A DNA stretch of 64,000 nt from Candidatus Latescibacterota bacterium (GCA_965237525.1 CBDEFO010000004.1:448001-512000), one strand, 5' to 3'. Counted from the stretch's first letter, positions 39,801-51,567 are shown. The notes: generated by a model not told the origin, from the letters alone. Translations and numbers: made by a program.

Positions 39801-42446
39801 ATGAGGAAAGATAAGTTAAAGCTCGCACTTGTGGGTGTATTGATTCTGATTGCTCTGTGGTATCTGTATCCTACTTTCAATTTCTATACGATGCCGGCTG
39901 ACACGTTGACAGAGATGGAAATCCAGGATCCTGATGAGTTCGAGGACTTAAAGGGCAGAGCTATGAAGTTGGGGTTGGATCTTCAGGGAGGAATACATCT
40001 GGTCATGGAGGTCGATTTTACTGGGCTTTCAGACGACGAAAAGAGAGACGCGGTGGATCGGGCGATTGAGGTGATAAGGAACAGAATAGATCAGTTCGGT
40101 GTGTCTGAGCCTGTGATCCACAAAGAGGGCGAAAACAGGATTGTAATCGAACTTCCGGGCGTTCAACAGATCGAAAGGGCCAAGAAGCTGATAGGTCAGA
40201 CGGCAAGATTGGAGTTCAAGCTTGTAAGAGAGCCTGAGGATCTGAGGAATATCCTGAACAAGATAGATGCTGCGCTTGCAGGGACTGCAGCGGAGGATAC
40301 TTCAGAAGCGGAGGTAACGGCTGCCGCCGATACCGTCCAGGTCGAAGAGATGGGGTTATTCGAAGAGGACCAAGAAGGAGAGGGGCTCTTTGAGGAGGAG
40401 ATTGCGGATATACAGAGGGAGGATCGTCCGCTTACGTCTCTTTTGGTACCATGGGGAAGAAATTATGAAGATATAGCCGTCCCGTTTAAGAGGGTAAAGA
40501 GGATCAAAGTTATTTTGAACGATCCCAGGGTAAAGGAAGTCATTCCCAAGGACAGTGAGTTTATCCTTGGTAAGCCCGAAGGTACAGACCCGAACGCGGT
40601 GTATCCGCTCTATTATGTCAGGTCGAATTATGAGGCGACAGGGGATATAATAGAAGATGCCAACGTATCTACGGGGACCAGTTTCGAGAATCAGGGACGG
40701 CCGCTTGTGGAGTTTACTACCACCGCTGAAGGTGCAAGGATATTTGCCAGGGTCACAGGAGCTAACGTGGGGAAGAGACTTGCTATCGTGTTGGATGGGA
40801 GAGCCTATTCGGCACCTGTGATCCAGAACAAGATAACGGGACGTGGGAACATTACAGGTAGCTCGACGGTGGAGGAAGCAAGGGATCTGGTCATTGTTCT
40901 TAGAGCCGGTGCACTCCCTGCAAATGTGATCCCTATCGAGGACCGGACAATAGGGCCCTCACTTGGAAAGGAATCGATAGAGAAGGGCAAGAATGCGATT
41001 ATCATAGGCTTGATTATCGTAGCGGTATTTATGATTATATACTACAAGCTGGCCGGTCTGGTGGCAGATTTTGCACTGACTCTGAATATAATATTTATAC
41101 TGTCCATCCTTGCGGGGTTTCACGCTACTTTGACTCTCCCAGGGCTTGCGGGGATAGTACTAACTGTAGGCATGGCTGTGGACGCCAACGTGCTGATCTT
41201 CCAGAGGATAAGAGAAGAGCTCAGGTCAGGCAAGACCGTCAGAGCAGCTATAGACACGGGATATTCGAGGGCCTTCTCTGCGATCATCGACTCCAACCTC
41301 ACAACGCTTATAGTCGCTATAGTCTTGTTGCAGTTCGGAACCGGACCGATCAAAGGGTTCGCACTGACCCTGTCGATCGGAATAATTTCAAGCATGTTCA
41401 CCGCCCTAGTTGTTACAAGGGCGATATTCAATTACTATACAGGGATAAGGAACGTCAAGAGCCTGAGCATCGGCAGAAGGGACGCCTTCAGAGACAGCAA
41501 CTTCGGCTTTATAAAGAGAAGGCGTCTGGGGTTTTTGACTTCAGTTGTTGTAGCGGCTGTGGGTCTCATCTCCATGGGTCTGCACGGCGGACTTAATATG
41601 GGGATAGATTTTGCGGGCGGAACCCTTCTGGAGCTGCATTTTGATCCCCCTATCTCGGTTCAAGAGGTCAGAGACGCCCTAGGAAGTGTGGACGTCGACG
41701 GACAGGTTATGGATCTCGGCAAAAGTGAGATCAAAGAGTTCGGAAATGAGAACGATGTCCTGATAAGGACACAGGATTTCGGCGAGGAGTTGGACGTAGG
41801 TGCGGCCATAAAGACGAAGCTCAAAGCCGATTTTAGGGGGAGCATTAAAGATGAGATAGACTGGCTCAGAAGAGAGGAGAAGGTCGGTCCCAAGATAGGT
41901 GGAGAATTAGGAAGAGACGCTGTGAAGGCTATATTTCTGTCTCTTGCTTTGATTATAGTCTATATATGGTACAGGTTCAAGGATATTAGATTCGGGATTG
42001 CGGCTGTGGTAGCCCTCTTCCACGATGTGCTCATAACTTTGGGGATATTTTCCATCTACGGCGGTGAGATATCGCTTGCAGTTGTGGCGGCGCTTTTGAC
42101 AATTGTGGGTTACTCCTTAAACGATACGATCGTGATATTCGACAGGATAAGGGAGAACTTCGGGGTCTACAGGGGGCAAATGTACGACGAGATAATAAAC
42201 AGGGGCATCAACGAATCTTTAAGCAGGACTATTATAACATCGCTGACCACGCTTTCTGTAGTTTTAGTGCTCCTGTTCTTAGGGGGCCAGGTGACACGGA
42301 GCTTTGCCTTTGCGCTGACAGTGGGCGTCATCGTAGGCACTTATTCATCTTCGTTCGTAGCGAGTCCCATATTGGTGGAGTGGCAAAACAGGCAGGATAA
42401 AAAGAGGATGAAAGAGAGATCAGCCGCTGTCGCTAGAACACGTTAG
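39801..42446 (+). CDS. secDF: fused protein translocase subunit SecDF
   Basis: LGLDLQGG, GMAVDANVLI (SecD) and GIDFAGG, GYSLNDTIVIFDRIRE (SecF) in one ORF. Confidence 0.96.
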   Translation: MRKDKLKLALVGVLILIALWYLYPTFNFYTMPADTLTEMEIQDPDEFEDLKGRAMKLGLDLQGGIHLVMEVDFTGLSDDEKRDAVDRAIEVIRNRIDQFGVSEPVIHKEGENRIVIELPGVQQIERAKKLIGQTARLEFKLVREPEDLRNILNKIDAALAGTAAEDTSEAEVTAAADTVQVEEMGLFEEDQEGEGLFEEEIADIQREDRPLTSLLVPWGRNYEDIAVPFKRVKRIKVILNDPRVKEVIPKDSEFILGKPEGTDPNAVYPLYYVRSNYEATGDIIEDANVSTGTSFENQGRPLVEFTTTAEGARIFARVTGANVGKRLAIVLDGRAYSAPVIQNKITGRGNITGSSTVEEARDLVIVLRAGALPANVIPIEDRTIGPSLGKESIEKGKNAIIIGLIIVAVFMIIYYKLAGLVADFALTLNIIFILSILAGFHATLTLPGLAGIVLTVGMAVDANVLIFQRIREELRSGKTVRAAIDTGYSRAFSAIIDSNLTTLIVAIVLLQFGTGPIKGFALTLSIGIISSMFTALVVTRAIFNYYTGIRNVKSLSIGRRDAFRDSNFGFIKRRRLGFLTSVVVAAVGLISMGLHGGLNMGIDFAGGTLLELHFDPPISVQEVRDALGSVDVDGQVMDLGKSEIKEFGNENDVLIRTQDFGEELDVGAAIKTKLKADFRGSIKDEIDWLRREEKVGPKIGGELGRDAVKAIFLSLALIIVYIWYRFKDIRFGIAAVVALFHDVLITLGIFSIYGGEISLAVVAALLTIVGYSLNDTIVIFDRIRENFGVYRGQMYDEIINRGINESLSRTIITSLTTLSVVLVLLFLGGQVTRSFAFALTVGVIVGTYSSSFVASPILVEWQNRQDKKRMKERSAAVARTR

Positions 42447-44508
42447 CTCTTCTGCCTCTGCTCCTTGATATTCCATCTATCCCTGCTGCTTGATGTTCCT
42501 GGCAGAGCTCTGTAGGAAAGCTTTGAGGGATGAATACCTCCTCTATTTTTGTGGGACAGTAGTCGGTGGCTACATCATAGGTATCCCCACAGATCTGGAT
42601 TCTAACGACATCGGGAGACATCTGAAAGTCATTCTCCTGTAGTTCTAAGACCTCGTGAGCTTCCTTCATAAATTCGGCCCAGGGAGGGAGGGCTACGACA
42701 GAACCTGCCATCCTGTCACCGAGCGAGCGCTTTACGTCGAAGCCGATCCAGACCCCTGTCACAATATGCGGTGTAAATCCGATGAACCAGGCGTCAGTGA
42801 AATCTTGAGTCGTTCCGGTCTTTCCCCCTGCCGGACGTTTGAATCTGTAGGGATATGCCCTGGCTGCGTAGCCCGTACCCTTCTCTTCCATAACAGATTT
42901 AAGCATACTGGTCATAACCGACGCTGTCTCGGCAGAGAGAACTTCGCTTTCTGACCCTCTGTCCTCTTCGAAGATAGTTTCACCGTCTTTATCCAGGATG
43001 CGCAAAATAGAGATAGGTTCAACTCTGATGCCCTGGTTGGGGAAGACTCCGTAGGCTGATGTGATATCCAAAAGAGTGACTTCCTCTGTTCCGAGGGCAA
43101 GCGCATAGACGGGCTGAAGGGGAGTCTTGATGCCCATCTTCCTTGCGTATTGAATGGGGAGCTTGGCACCTATCTTCAAAAGGAGCTTTACGGCTACGAG
43201 GTTGCGGGACTGCTTGAGACCCTCTCTGAGGGACATTTCTCCCTTGAAGGTTCGGTCGTAATTTTGCGGACTCCACATCTTCCCATTATTAAGAGGCAGT
43301 GTGATGGGATTGTCGAGTATCTTATCAGTGGTGCGGTAGTGATTATCTATGGCAGCAGTGTATATGAAAGGCTTAAAGGCGGAGCCCGGCTGCCTTTTGG
43401 CCTGCACAGCTCTGTTGTATTTGCTCTCTTCAAAATCTCTTCCCCCGACCATAGCCAAAATCTCTCCCGTGGCTATATTTAGGGCGACCAGGGCGCCTTG
43501 AACCACGTTGACCTGGAGGGAATCGCCGATTTGAAAGAGGGTAGAATCCGGCGGGAACTTGGCACTTTCACTGTCGATTTTCCACTGTATCTGACCGAAC
43601 TTCTTGGATACGGCGCGTTCGGCTATACTTTGGAGCCTGGAATCGAGTGCTGTATAGACAGAAAGACCACTTTCGTATATAGCGGAGTATCCGTATTTTG
43701 CCTCCAGATGTTGCCTTACATGTTCGGTGAAATAGGGGGCAAGGCCTTCATCCTCTTGAGGGTCGTTGAACCTCAAGGGAGCCCTTTGGGCCTCTTTTGT
43801 CTCTTGGCGGGATATCTTCCCGGCGGATGACATAGCACGCAGAACTGTATTTCTGCGAATCAATCCATCTTTACGGCTATCTGAGTAATCTGAGGGACGC
43901 TGCAAGAGTCCAGCTAAATACGCGCACTCCTCAAGAGAGAGGTCCTGGACATCTTTGGCAAAGTAAAATCCGGATGCGAATTGAACACCGTAGCACCCGT
44001 TACCGAAGTACTGCTCGTTGAGATACATCTGGACTATCTCTTTTTTAGTGTAGGTCCTTTCGATTCTCACAGATGTTATAGCTTCTTTGATCTTTCGTGC
44101 CAGGGTCTTTTCAGGAGTCAGAAAGAGTCTCCTTGCAAGTTGCTGTGTAAGTGTGCTGGCTCCCTGTTTGATCTGTGCTGAAGTCAGGTTTATCCACACC
44201 GCTCTGGCGATGTCTCTTAAAGAGATGCCCCAGTGATCCCAGAACCTCTCGTCTTCTATAGATACGACTGCATCCACCAGGTTCTGTGGAAGCTGTTCGT
44301 AGAACACAGGCTCTCTCTTCTCAACGGCGAACTCTTTTAAGACTACACCGTCAGAGGAATAAATTCTGGTAGTGAGCTTGGTCTCTTCGTGTATTCTTTC
44401 GAGACGTTCTAAGCCGGGCAGACCTCTGCTGAAATAGACGACTGCGACAGATAGAACTAAAAGATATATTATGGAAGACGTAAGAGCGTAGAGCAGTGTC
44501 CTTTTCAT
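42433..44508 (-). CDS. class A penicillin-binding protein (PBP1A family)
   Basis: EDERFWDHWG, GASTLTQQL, RKIKE; transpeptidase SAFK, SRN, KTG. Confidence 0.95.
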   Translation of the reverse strand: MKRTLLYALTSSIIYLLVLSVAVVYFSRGLPGLERLERIHEETKLTTRIYSSDGVVLKEFAVEKREPVFYEQLPQNLVDAVVSIEDERFWDHWGISLRDIARAVWINLTSAQIKQGASTLTQQLARRLFLTPEKTLARKIKEAITSVRIERTYTKKEIVQMYLNEQYFGNGCYGVQFASGFYFAKDVQDLSLEECAYLAGLLQRPSDYSDSRKDGLIRRNTVLRAMSSAGKISRQETKEAQRAPLRFNDPQEDEGLAPYFTEHVRQHLEAKYGYSAIYESGLSVYTALDSRLQSIAERAVSKKFGQIQWKIDSESAKFPPDSTLFQIGDSLQVNVVQGALVALNIATGEILAMVGGRDFEESKYNRAVQAKRQPGSAFKPFIYTAAIDNHYRTTDKILDNPITLPLNNGKMWSPQNYDRTFKGEMSLREGLKQSRNLVAVKLLLKIGAKLPIQYARKMGIKTPLQPVYALALGTEEVTLLDITSAYGVFPNQGIRVEPISILRILDKDGETIFEEDRGSESEVLSAETASVMTSMLKSVMEEKGTGYAARAYPYRFKRPAGGKTGTTQDFTDAWFIGFTPHIVTGVWIGFDVKRSLGDRMAGSVVALPPWAEFMKEAHEVLELQENDFQMSPDVVRIQICGDTYDVATDYCPTKIEEVFIPQSFPTELCQEHQAAGIDGISRSRGRRANVF

Positions 44509-44782
44509 TGCAGTTCCCCTTTGTGGGGTATAGAAGGATTTCTTGGCAAAATTGGAGATGTAAAAGCGTTCTTCTTTAAATTGTACTTACTTATGGCAAT
44601 AAGTCAAGGACATTTTAGAAATGTTCCAACTGTTTACTTTCCACTTCGTGGCTTGCTGCCTACTCAACAGAGTGGACACTCCACCTATCTATAAGAATTA
44701 CAATATATTGAGCTATTCCATGCCAAAGAAACTTTGTCCAAGAGGATCAAATTAGTTCACAGTGATCGGAAGGTCAGAGCCT

Positions 44783-46012
44783 ATGATGAGTCTAAACGAA
44801 CAGCTGGACATCATAAAAAAAGGGACAGAGGAGATCATCCCTGAGGACGATTTAGTAACGAAGTTAGAACGATCTATAAAGACTAATACGCCCCTGGTAG
44901 TGAAAACTGGGTTTGATCCCACCGCTCCCGATATACATATCGGAAACGCTGTGCCGATAAGGAAGATGAAACATTTTCAGGATTTGGGACACGAAGTTGT
45001 GTTCATGATCGGGGATTTTACAGGGATGATCGGCGACCCGAGCCAAAAGGACGCTACCAGAAAACGCCTTTCAAGGCGAGAGATCCTAAAAAACGCACAA
45101 ACCTACAAGGAACAGGTGTTCAAGATCTTAGATCCCCGAAAGACGAGGGTCGAGTTCAACAGCAAGTGGTGCAGAGCCTTGAAGATTGAGGATATGCTGG
45201 AGTTGGCCTCCAAGTACACTGTTGCCAGGATGATCGAAAGGGACGATTTTTTAGAGCGCTATCAGACGGGAAAGCCGATTACCATTTTAGAGTTTATGTA
45301 TCCTCTGCTTCAGGGCTACGATTCGGTGGCACTCAAGGCAGACGTGGAATTGGGCGGGACAGATCAGAAATTCAACCTCTTGGTCGCAAGGGAGATTCAA
45401 AGAGAGTACGGTCAGGAGCCGGAGGTGTTTATCACTATGCCCCTTTTGGTGGGCCTGGACGGCACCCTGAAGATGAGCAAGAGCCTGGGAAACTACATAG
45501 GCATCACTGAGCCGCCAGAGCAAATATACGGAAAGACAATGTCTATTTCAGATGAGCTTATCTATCGTTATTTTAAGATCGCTCTGGGAACAGAGACATC
45601 AGAAGGGGAGCTTGAGGACATAGAGAGACGTCTGAACGACGCCAGCCTAAATCCAATGGATGTGAAGAGGGAACTTGCGCGACAGCTTGTAAGCCTGTAT
45701 TACGATAAGAGCGCAGCCCAAGATGCGGAGAGGGAATTCAACAGAGTATTCAAAGAGCAGAAACTCCCTGAGAACATCCCCCAACATCAGGTGCCGGAGG
45801 ATTCGATATGGGTTGTGAAACTTGTTAAGGATTTAGGCTTTGCCAGAACGAACACAGAGGCAAGGAGACTAATCAAAGGGGGAGGCCTGAGCATCGATGG
45901 GGAGAGAATATCGAATCCTGATGCGGATATCAGTTTTAAAGGAGGGGAGATAGTAAAGGCAGGCAAGAGGAGATTTGCAAGGATATTAAAACCCAACCGC
46001 ACAGACAAATAA
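44783..46012 (+). CDS. tyrS: tyrosine--tRNA ligase
   Basis: [27 protein letters not shown]-terminal S4 domain. Confidence 0.97.
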   Translation: MMSLNEQLDIIKKGTEEIIPEDDLVTKLERSIKTNTPLVVKTGFDPTAPDIHIGNAVPIRKMKHFQDLGHEVVFMIGDFTGMIGDPSQKDATRKRLSRREILKNAQTYKEQVFKILDPRKTRVEFNSKWCRALKIEDMLELASKYTVARMIERDDFLERYQTGKPITILEFMYPLLQGYDSVALKADVELGGTDQKFNLLVAREIQREYGQEPEVFITMPLLVGLDGTLKMSKSLGNYIGITEPPEQIYGKTMSISDELIYRYFKIALGTETSEGELEDIERRLNDASLNPMDVKRELARQLVSLYYDKSAAQDAEREFNRVFKEQKLPENIPQHQVPEDSIWVVKLVKDLGFARTNTEARRLIKGGGLSIDGERISNPDADISFKGGEIVKAGKRRFARILKPNRTDK

Positions 46013-46028
46013 TATGTATGTTTAAACA

Positions 46029-46131
46029 CAGGGGCGGGGTAACCGCCCCTACTATGTCAGCTCTATATCTGTAGGGGCAGACCCGTGTGTCTGCCCTGAA
46101 AATACGGGCGAACACATGGGTTCTCCCGTAC
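46029..46131. repeat. GTAG-family REP cluster between convergent genes
   Basis: AGGGGCGG-GGTAA-CCGCCCCTAC; GTAGGGGCAGACCCGTGTGTCTGCCC; GGGCGAACACATGGGTTCTCCCGTAC; related GTAGGGGCGAACCCGTGTGG at 34371. Confidence 0.75.
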
Positions 46132-46151
46132 TACAAGAAGCAGATTATACT

Positions 46152-47009
46152 CTATTTCGAAAAACTGATCTGATCGTCAAGGAGCATCAACGCAGACCAC
46201 GTAGTGACATCTGTCCGGGTGGGGTCTAATTCGTTCAAGTACTCCTGGAACGAGGCGCGCTCCTCATCTGTTTCGGGTCCAGCTTCTGAAACGCTTCTGT
46301 TGAAACCTGCAATCTCATCCTCTGTTTTCCCGGACTTTTGAAAAACCCAGTCTCCTAATTCTATATCGCTTGGATTGTTCACAGCCGCACGGGCAAAATC
46401 TTCTGCCGAGATGCCCAGAAACTCCAAAAGAGGTTTCTCGCCCTCGGAGTCATCGCCGTAATTATATTCTCCCAAGAGACCCGCGTTCGCAGCTCTGGCT
46501 TTGTCCGCCGCACGGGCAGCCCAGGCAATTCCTGCTACGTCGGTGCAATAGGGGGTGCGCGGCGGTTGTTCGGTGAGATCAAGTCTATAAAAGTTGCCCC
46601 AATCGTCCAGTTCTATAGACTGAACCCCTGTCTTGATATCTGTTCTTCCGGGGGCGTACTTTTCTATGCGCTCCTGGAGCAGGGCGCGATGCATCTCATC
46701 ATACGGTTCGCGCGACAGTTCGGCCTCATTGAAGGCGGCGATCTCGCCTTCGTTTTTCCCCGATTTTTGGAGCACCCACTCACTTATGCCAGCGTCGTCG
46801 TATTTTTCAACGGCTTCTGCGAATTCCGCGGCTGAGATCCCCAGAAAATTCAAAACGTTCATGTCCGATCCGGAAGCTTCCCCGTACACATATTCGCCCA
46901 ACATCCCTCTGTTGGCCGCTCTTGCCTTGTCCGTCATTCTAGCAAGTCCGACGATACCTGCCATCGTTACGTTCGATGGACGACGTGGAGGCTGTCTTGT
47001 CAAATCCAT
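46152..47009 (-). CDS. tandem DUF5069-like domain protein
   Basis: Two internal repeats DLT.QPPR.P....AGI...AR..DKARA...G.LGEY.YG......L.FLGISA. Confidence 0.72.
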   Translation of the reverse strand: MDLTRQPPRRPSNVTMAGIVGLARMTDKARAANRGMLGEYVYGEASGSDMNVLNFLGISAAEFAEAVEKYDDAGISEWVLQKSGKNEGEIAAFNEAELSREPYDEMHRALLQERIEKYAPGRTDIKTGVQSIELDDWGNFYRLDLTEQPPRTPYCTDVAGIAWAARAADKARAANAGLLGEYNYGDDSEGEKPLLEFLGISAEDFARAAVNNPSDIELGDWVFQKSGKTEDEIAGFNRSVSEAGPETDEERASFQEYLNELDPTRTDVTTWSALMLLDDQISFSK

Positions 47010-47160
47010 TCTTTACATCCTTTCCAATTGAGATTTTGGGCTGTTACGATCCTGAAAATTAACTTATAGGAGATCTGCTGTCCTCTCTAAGAAGGTCGAT
47101 TTGTATTAATGATACACATAGGAAGGGATTTACACAAGAAAAAAATATAGACAAACCTAA

Positions 47161-48679
47161 AAGCCTTGTGAAATAGTTATGTCCCAGGCAGCGTCTGAAG
47201 CGCCGATTATGGGTCAAAGAGTAGCATATCGTATCGTTTTGCTGTGGAATAAGCAAAATAGTCTTATCAGAGTTCTGGTCAGCAAGGAACAGGAGCTGTT
47301 TGAAGAACAGGATGCACTGTCTTTGACAGACAGGGCACACATAGACGCTTTCCCCCTTCTTATGAAAGATACAAGCCTCTTGAGATTCTGTACTGTTGCA
47401 ACAAGATTCAACTGTTCATTCAGTGAGGCTGGTCCTCTGTAACGGGCTCGTCCCATACCGTGTTGTTGCCTGGCTTCAGCAAAGATATGTTCACTGCGTT
47501 TACGGAGTCTCCGGGAGAGTTTGTAGTCAGCTGTTAATGAGATAGACCGTGCATGATTTCTGGCTTTCGCCTCTCGCACTTTTCTATCCCGTTCGGCCTG
47601 AATATGTGCTGGATTTGTCTTGTTTTTCCATGTAGGAATCGGTTCAATCTTCTCATCGGCTCGCAGAGGAATATGGGGTATGATTCCCCGGTCAAGTACA
47701 TCAGCGATAAAATTACCAGAACCGTAACCGGTATCGGCACTAAGTGTCTGAATGTCTTTGGGCATGGTGTATGTTTCAAGGTCATCTACCATCTTAAGGG
47801 CACTTTCGGGCTCTGCTGTCCCTGTCGCCTGCGTGCCCTGAGTCTCAAGGATTACTCTGCTTTTTGTGTCGATCAGATCATGGCCCATAAACGAGAGAAA
47901 AGCCCCTTTGCCCTTCGATTTGCTGTATAAGCGCGCGTCGGGGTCTGTAGTCGAACGGTGTGTTTGGTTCGTCCACTTTTCACCATGAAAGTCTTTATCC
48001 TGAGGATGCCCGGACCTACCCTTTGTCTTATCACCTTCAAAACCGATTCCCTTGAGATAATCATCAAGAGAAACAGGGGGTTCTATCGGCTCAATACTTT
48101 TCACTGAAGCATCAGCTTGTATCTGAGTGCCGTCGACACTAAGGTGTTTACCGCTCACAAGACCGACATCTATGCAACACTGGACTACCTGACGCATTAT
48201 CCGTTCAAACAACCCACTGGATGCCCACTTGTGATTGCGAAGCTTGTTGATCGTGCTCCTATCCGGAACCGCATCATCAAATGTCTGATGACAAAACAAC
48301 CGATATGCCGCATGCATCCCCACTTCCTGACAGAGCCGATTCTCACTCAAATTATACAGATAGCCAATAAGGATCATTCGAACAACTAATTCAGGATCAA
48401 TACCGGGTCTGCCATTGTCAGGGCAATAACAATCTGATACAACGTCTCGTACAAATGAAAAATCAACTGCCTCATCAATCTGACGAAGGATATGGTCCTC
48501 GGGAACTAAATCCTCCATCTGAAAATAGTGAAACATCGGATTTGTCTGTTCCTGCTTTTGTGGGGTCATTGTTTCCTCCATGTATAATATTATCAATAAC
48601 ATAATATAATACATCGGAGCTGCTTTATCAATGCTTGTTTTATACTATTTTCTGAATCTAAGGGTTTTTCACAAGGCTT
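47161..48679 (-). mobile_element. IS1182-like insertion sequence, copy 2 (1519 bp)
   Basis: Same IRs as copy 1; TSD CTAA (47157-47160, 48680-48683); identical translated transposase. Confidence 0.92.
47214..48614 (-). CDS. IS1182-family DDE transposase
   Basis: Protein identical to 37687-39087 in the ORF track. Confidence 0.9.
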   Translation of the reverse strand: MYYIMLLIILYMEETMTPQKQEQTNPMFHYFQMEDLVPEDHILRQIDEAVDFSFVRDVVSDCYCPDNGRPGIDPELVVRMILIGYLYNLSENRLCQEVGMHAAYRLFCHQTFDDAVPDRSTINKLRNHKWASSGLFERIMRQVVQCCIDVGLVSGKHLSVDGTQIQADASVKSIEPIEPPVSLDDYLKGIGFEGDKTKGRSGHPQDKDFHGEKWTNQTHRSTTDPDARLYSKSKGKGAFLSFMGHDLIDTKSRVILETQGTQATGTAEPESALKMVDDLETYTMPKDIQTLSADTGYGSGNFIADVLDRGIIPHIPLRADEKIEPIPTWKNKTNPAHIQAERDRKVREAKARNHARSISLTADYKLSRRLRKRSEHIFAEARQQHGMGRARYRGPASLNEQLNLVATVQNLKRLVSFIRRGKASMCALSVKDSASCSSNSSCSLLTRTLIRLFCLFHSKTIRYATL

Positions 48680-48784
48680 CTAACGTCGGTAAAAACTTGA
48701 CATCGGCTGAGCAATTCGTATATTATTCCAGTCCGGTAGAATATTATCCGCCTTTCAAAGAACACATAGAGACAGGAGCAGACG

Positions 48785-50799
48785 ATGCCGGGCGACATTC
48801 CCATAGGAAACGGGGATCTTCTAATAACATTCGATAAATCCTACCAGTTGAGAGACATTTACTACCCTTACGTGGGACAGGAGAAGCACACGGAAGGACA
48901 TTCCTTTAAGTTCGGAGCCTGGGTCGACGGACAATTCAGCTGGATAGATGACGTATGGGACCTGTCGCACAAATACCTTCCAGAGACACTGATAACCGAT
49001 GTGGTGGCCAAGAACGATCGGCTTAAGCTTGAACTTTATATTGGCGATACTGTGCATTTCCACGAACATATCTACATAAAGAAGATCAAAATCGTGAATC
49101 TGGAAAATAAAAAAAGACACGGGAGACTCTTTTTCGGACATGATTTCCACATATATGGAAGCGTTGTTGGGGATACGGCTTACTACGATCCTGTGGGGAA
49201 ATCTATAGTTCACTACAAGGGGGAAAGGTACTTCAGGATGTGCTGTTCGGACTCCCAGAAGATAGGTATAGATCAGTTTGCCACAGGAAAGAAGGAGGTG
49301 GGTGGGGCAAAAGGCACCTGGAAAGATGCGGAAGACGGACACCTTGGGGGAAATGCAATAGAACAAGGAGCTGTGGATTCGACATTAGGATTTCATATAG
49401 ATGTTCCGGAAAAAGGCCAGAACACGGCCTATTACTAGATGGTTGTGGGTCGAAGATGGGCTGACGTAGATCGCCTTTATAACAGGGTCGTTGAGAAGTC
49501 GCATGAGGAATTGATAAAAAGGACAGGCGCTTACTGGAGACTCTGGGTAAACAAGGAGGACTTCAGCTACAAGGATCTTCCCCAGAAAATTGTCGACCTT
49601 TTCAAAAGGAGCCTGTTAATTTTGAGGACCCAGATTGACAACCGGGGAGCCATAATCGCCGCCAATGACAGCGACATACTGCATTTTTCAAGGGACACCT
49701 ATTCGTATATGTGGCCTAGGGACGGGGCATTGGTGGCAACCACTCTCATAAAGACGGGATATTCTGAGATCTCAAGGAGATTCTTCGAATTCTGCTACCA
49801 CGCGATAAGGAAAGATGGATACTTCCTGCACAAATATAGCCCCGACGGTTCTGTGGCAAGCTCCTGGCACCCCTGGACGAAGGACGGCAAGCTTGAGCTT
49901 CCGATACAGGAGGACGAGACCGCGCTTGTAGTCTAGGCGCTCTGGGAGCACTTCAACAAATTCAGGGACATAGAGTTCATAAAGCCCTTGTACAGGAGAT
50001 TGGTAACATCGGCTGCGGAATTTATGGTAAGATTCAGGGATGAGGAGACCAAGCTTCCCCTTGAGTCTTACGATCTGTGGGAGGAGCGTCACGGGGTTCA
50101 TGCATATACGGTGGGAGCCGTGTGTGGAGGGTTGAAGGCCGCCGCCAAGTTCGCATCTGCCTTCGGAGAAGACGCCCTTGCAGAAAAATAGAATAGGGCC
50201 TTTGAAGAGATAAAGAAAGCCGCGATCAAATACATGTACGACAAAAAGTACAATCGCTTCTGTCGGACAGCCGTTAGAAACGATGACGGATACGATCTTG
50301 ACATGACCATAGATGCCAGCATGTACGGCCTTTTCAGATTCGGAGCTTTTCCTCCCGACGATCCGAAAATTGTATCCAGTATGAAGCTATAAGGGACAGA
50401 CTCTGGGTAAAGATTAATGTGGGCGGAGTAGCCAGATATGAGAACGACTACTACCATCAGATAAGCCAGAATATAGATAATGTCCCTGGAAATCCCTGGT
50501 TCATTTGCACGATGTGGCTTGCAGAATGGTACATAGCGACTGCCAGAAAAGTAGATGACCTTAAGACGGCAGTGGACATAATGGAGTGGGTCGCGGACAG
50601 AACACTTGAGTCGGGAGTCTTGGCAGAGCAGGTTCATCCTCACACAAATGAGCCGCTGTCCGTCTCCCCTTTGACCTGGAGTCATGCTACAGTCGTTATG
50701 GTTGTGATGAGCTATCTTGAGAAGCTCGAGGCGCTCACTATGGGAGATGTACTGAAAAAGAGCATATACAGGCACAGACTAATATCGGGCATAGAGTAG
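48785..50799 (+). pseudogene. glycoside hydrolase family 15 (glucoamylase-like) with three in-frame TAGs and one frameshift
   Basis: YSYMWPRDG, QEDET, YDLWEE, LAEQV, SPLTWSHA; TAG at 49436, 49934, 50189; frameshift near 50384. Confidence 0.88.
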
Positions 50800-51158
50800 T
50801 ATCTTATCGCTTCACGCTCCCTGTTTTTGCCCTCTGATCCTACCGACTTGTGGTGGACTGAAATGAACCTGCTATAACTTTTGTCTGTTTCTTTTCTACC
50901 TTTCTACTGTAAGATCCAGTTCACCGAAATATCTCTTGAATACCGAAAATTTCCGCTATTCTCCAAGAAATACCATCATATTAACGTCAGAGATTTCTGG
51001 CCATAAATTCCGTTTTACCATCGGATTCTATCTCTTATTTTGAACGGACAGCATCATCAGCACAGAAATCCATGGTCTCACGAATAATTTTGCGTGACAG
51101 CATATATCTAAACGTTCAGGTGGTCAAGAGAATCTGCTCCTTTTTTCAAAACCCTTCT

Positions 51159-51567
51159 TCAGTCTTGCTTCATAATCTCTGAACTTTCGCTAACCTCTCT
51201 CTTTCTTAAAGGAGCACGAAGATCATCCGGTGCAGATGTCGTGCCCTTAAGGTATTCTTTCTGGATATGGGAGTAGATCGTTGTGGAGTGGATATCCAAA
51301 TCTCCCATGATTCCTTGCAGGACCTTGAGGTTCACATGTGCCATCCAAAGCTATGGCGATGTGTATGTATAGTGGCATTTTTGCCATCTGCCCTTTTACA
51401 GACACGCTTGAAACTTTTCGAGAGATTGCCCTGATCATGATGTGTACTGTTACGGGTGACCCAAAGAATGGCCAACATGCTTTCTGCATCATGCTTCTGT
51501 GTGCTGGATTAAGGGCCGTTTCTATAGCTTAGGATGTCTCGGTTCCACCTACTTTCTTCTTCGTCAT
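51159..51567 (-). pseudogene. tyrosine recombinase C-terminal remnant
   Basis: ATIHTHRHSF (HxxR box) then, in another frame, LKVLQGIMGDLDIHSTTIYSH (catalytic Tyr box). Confidence 0.65.
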
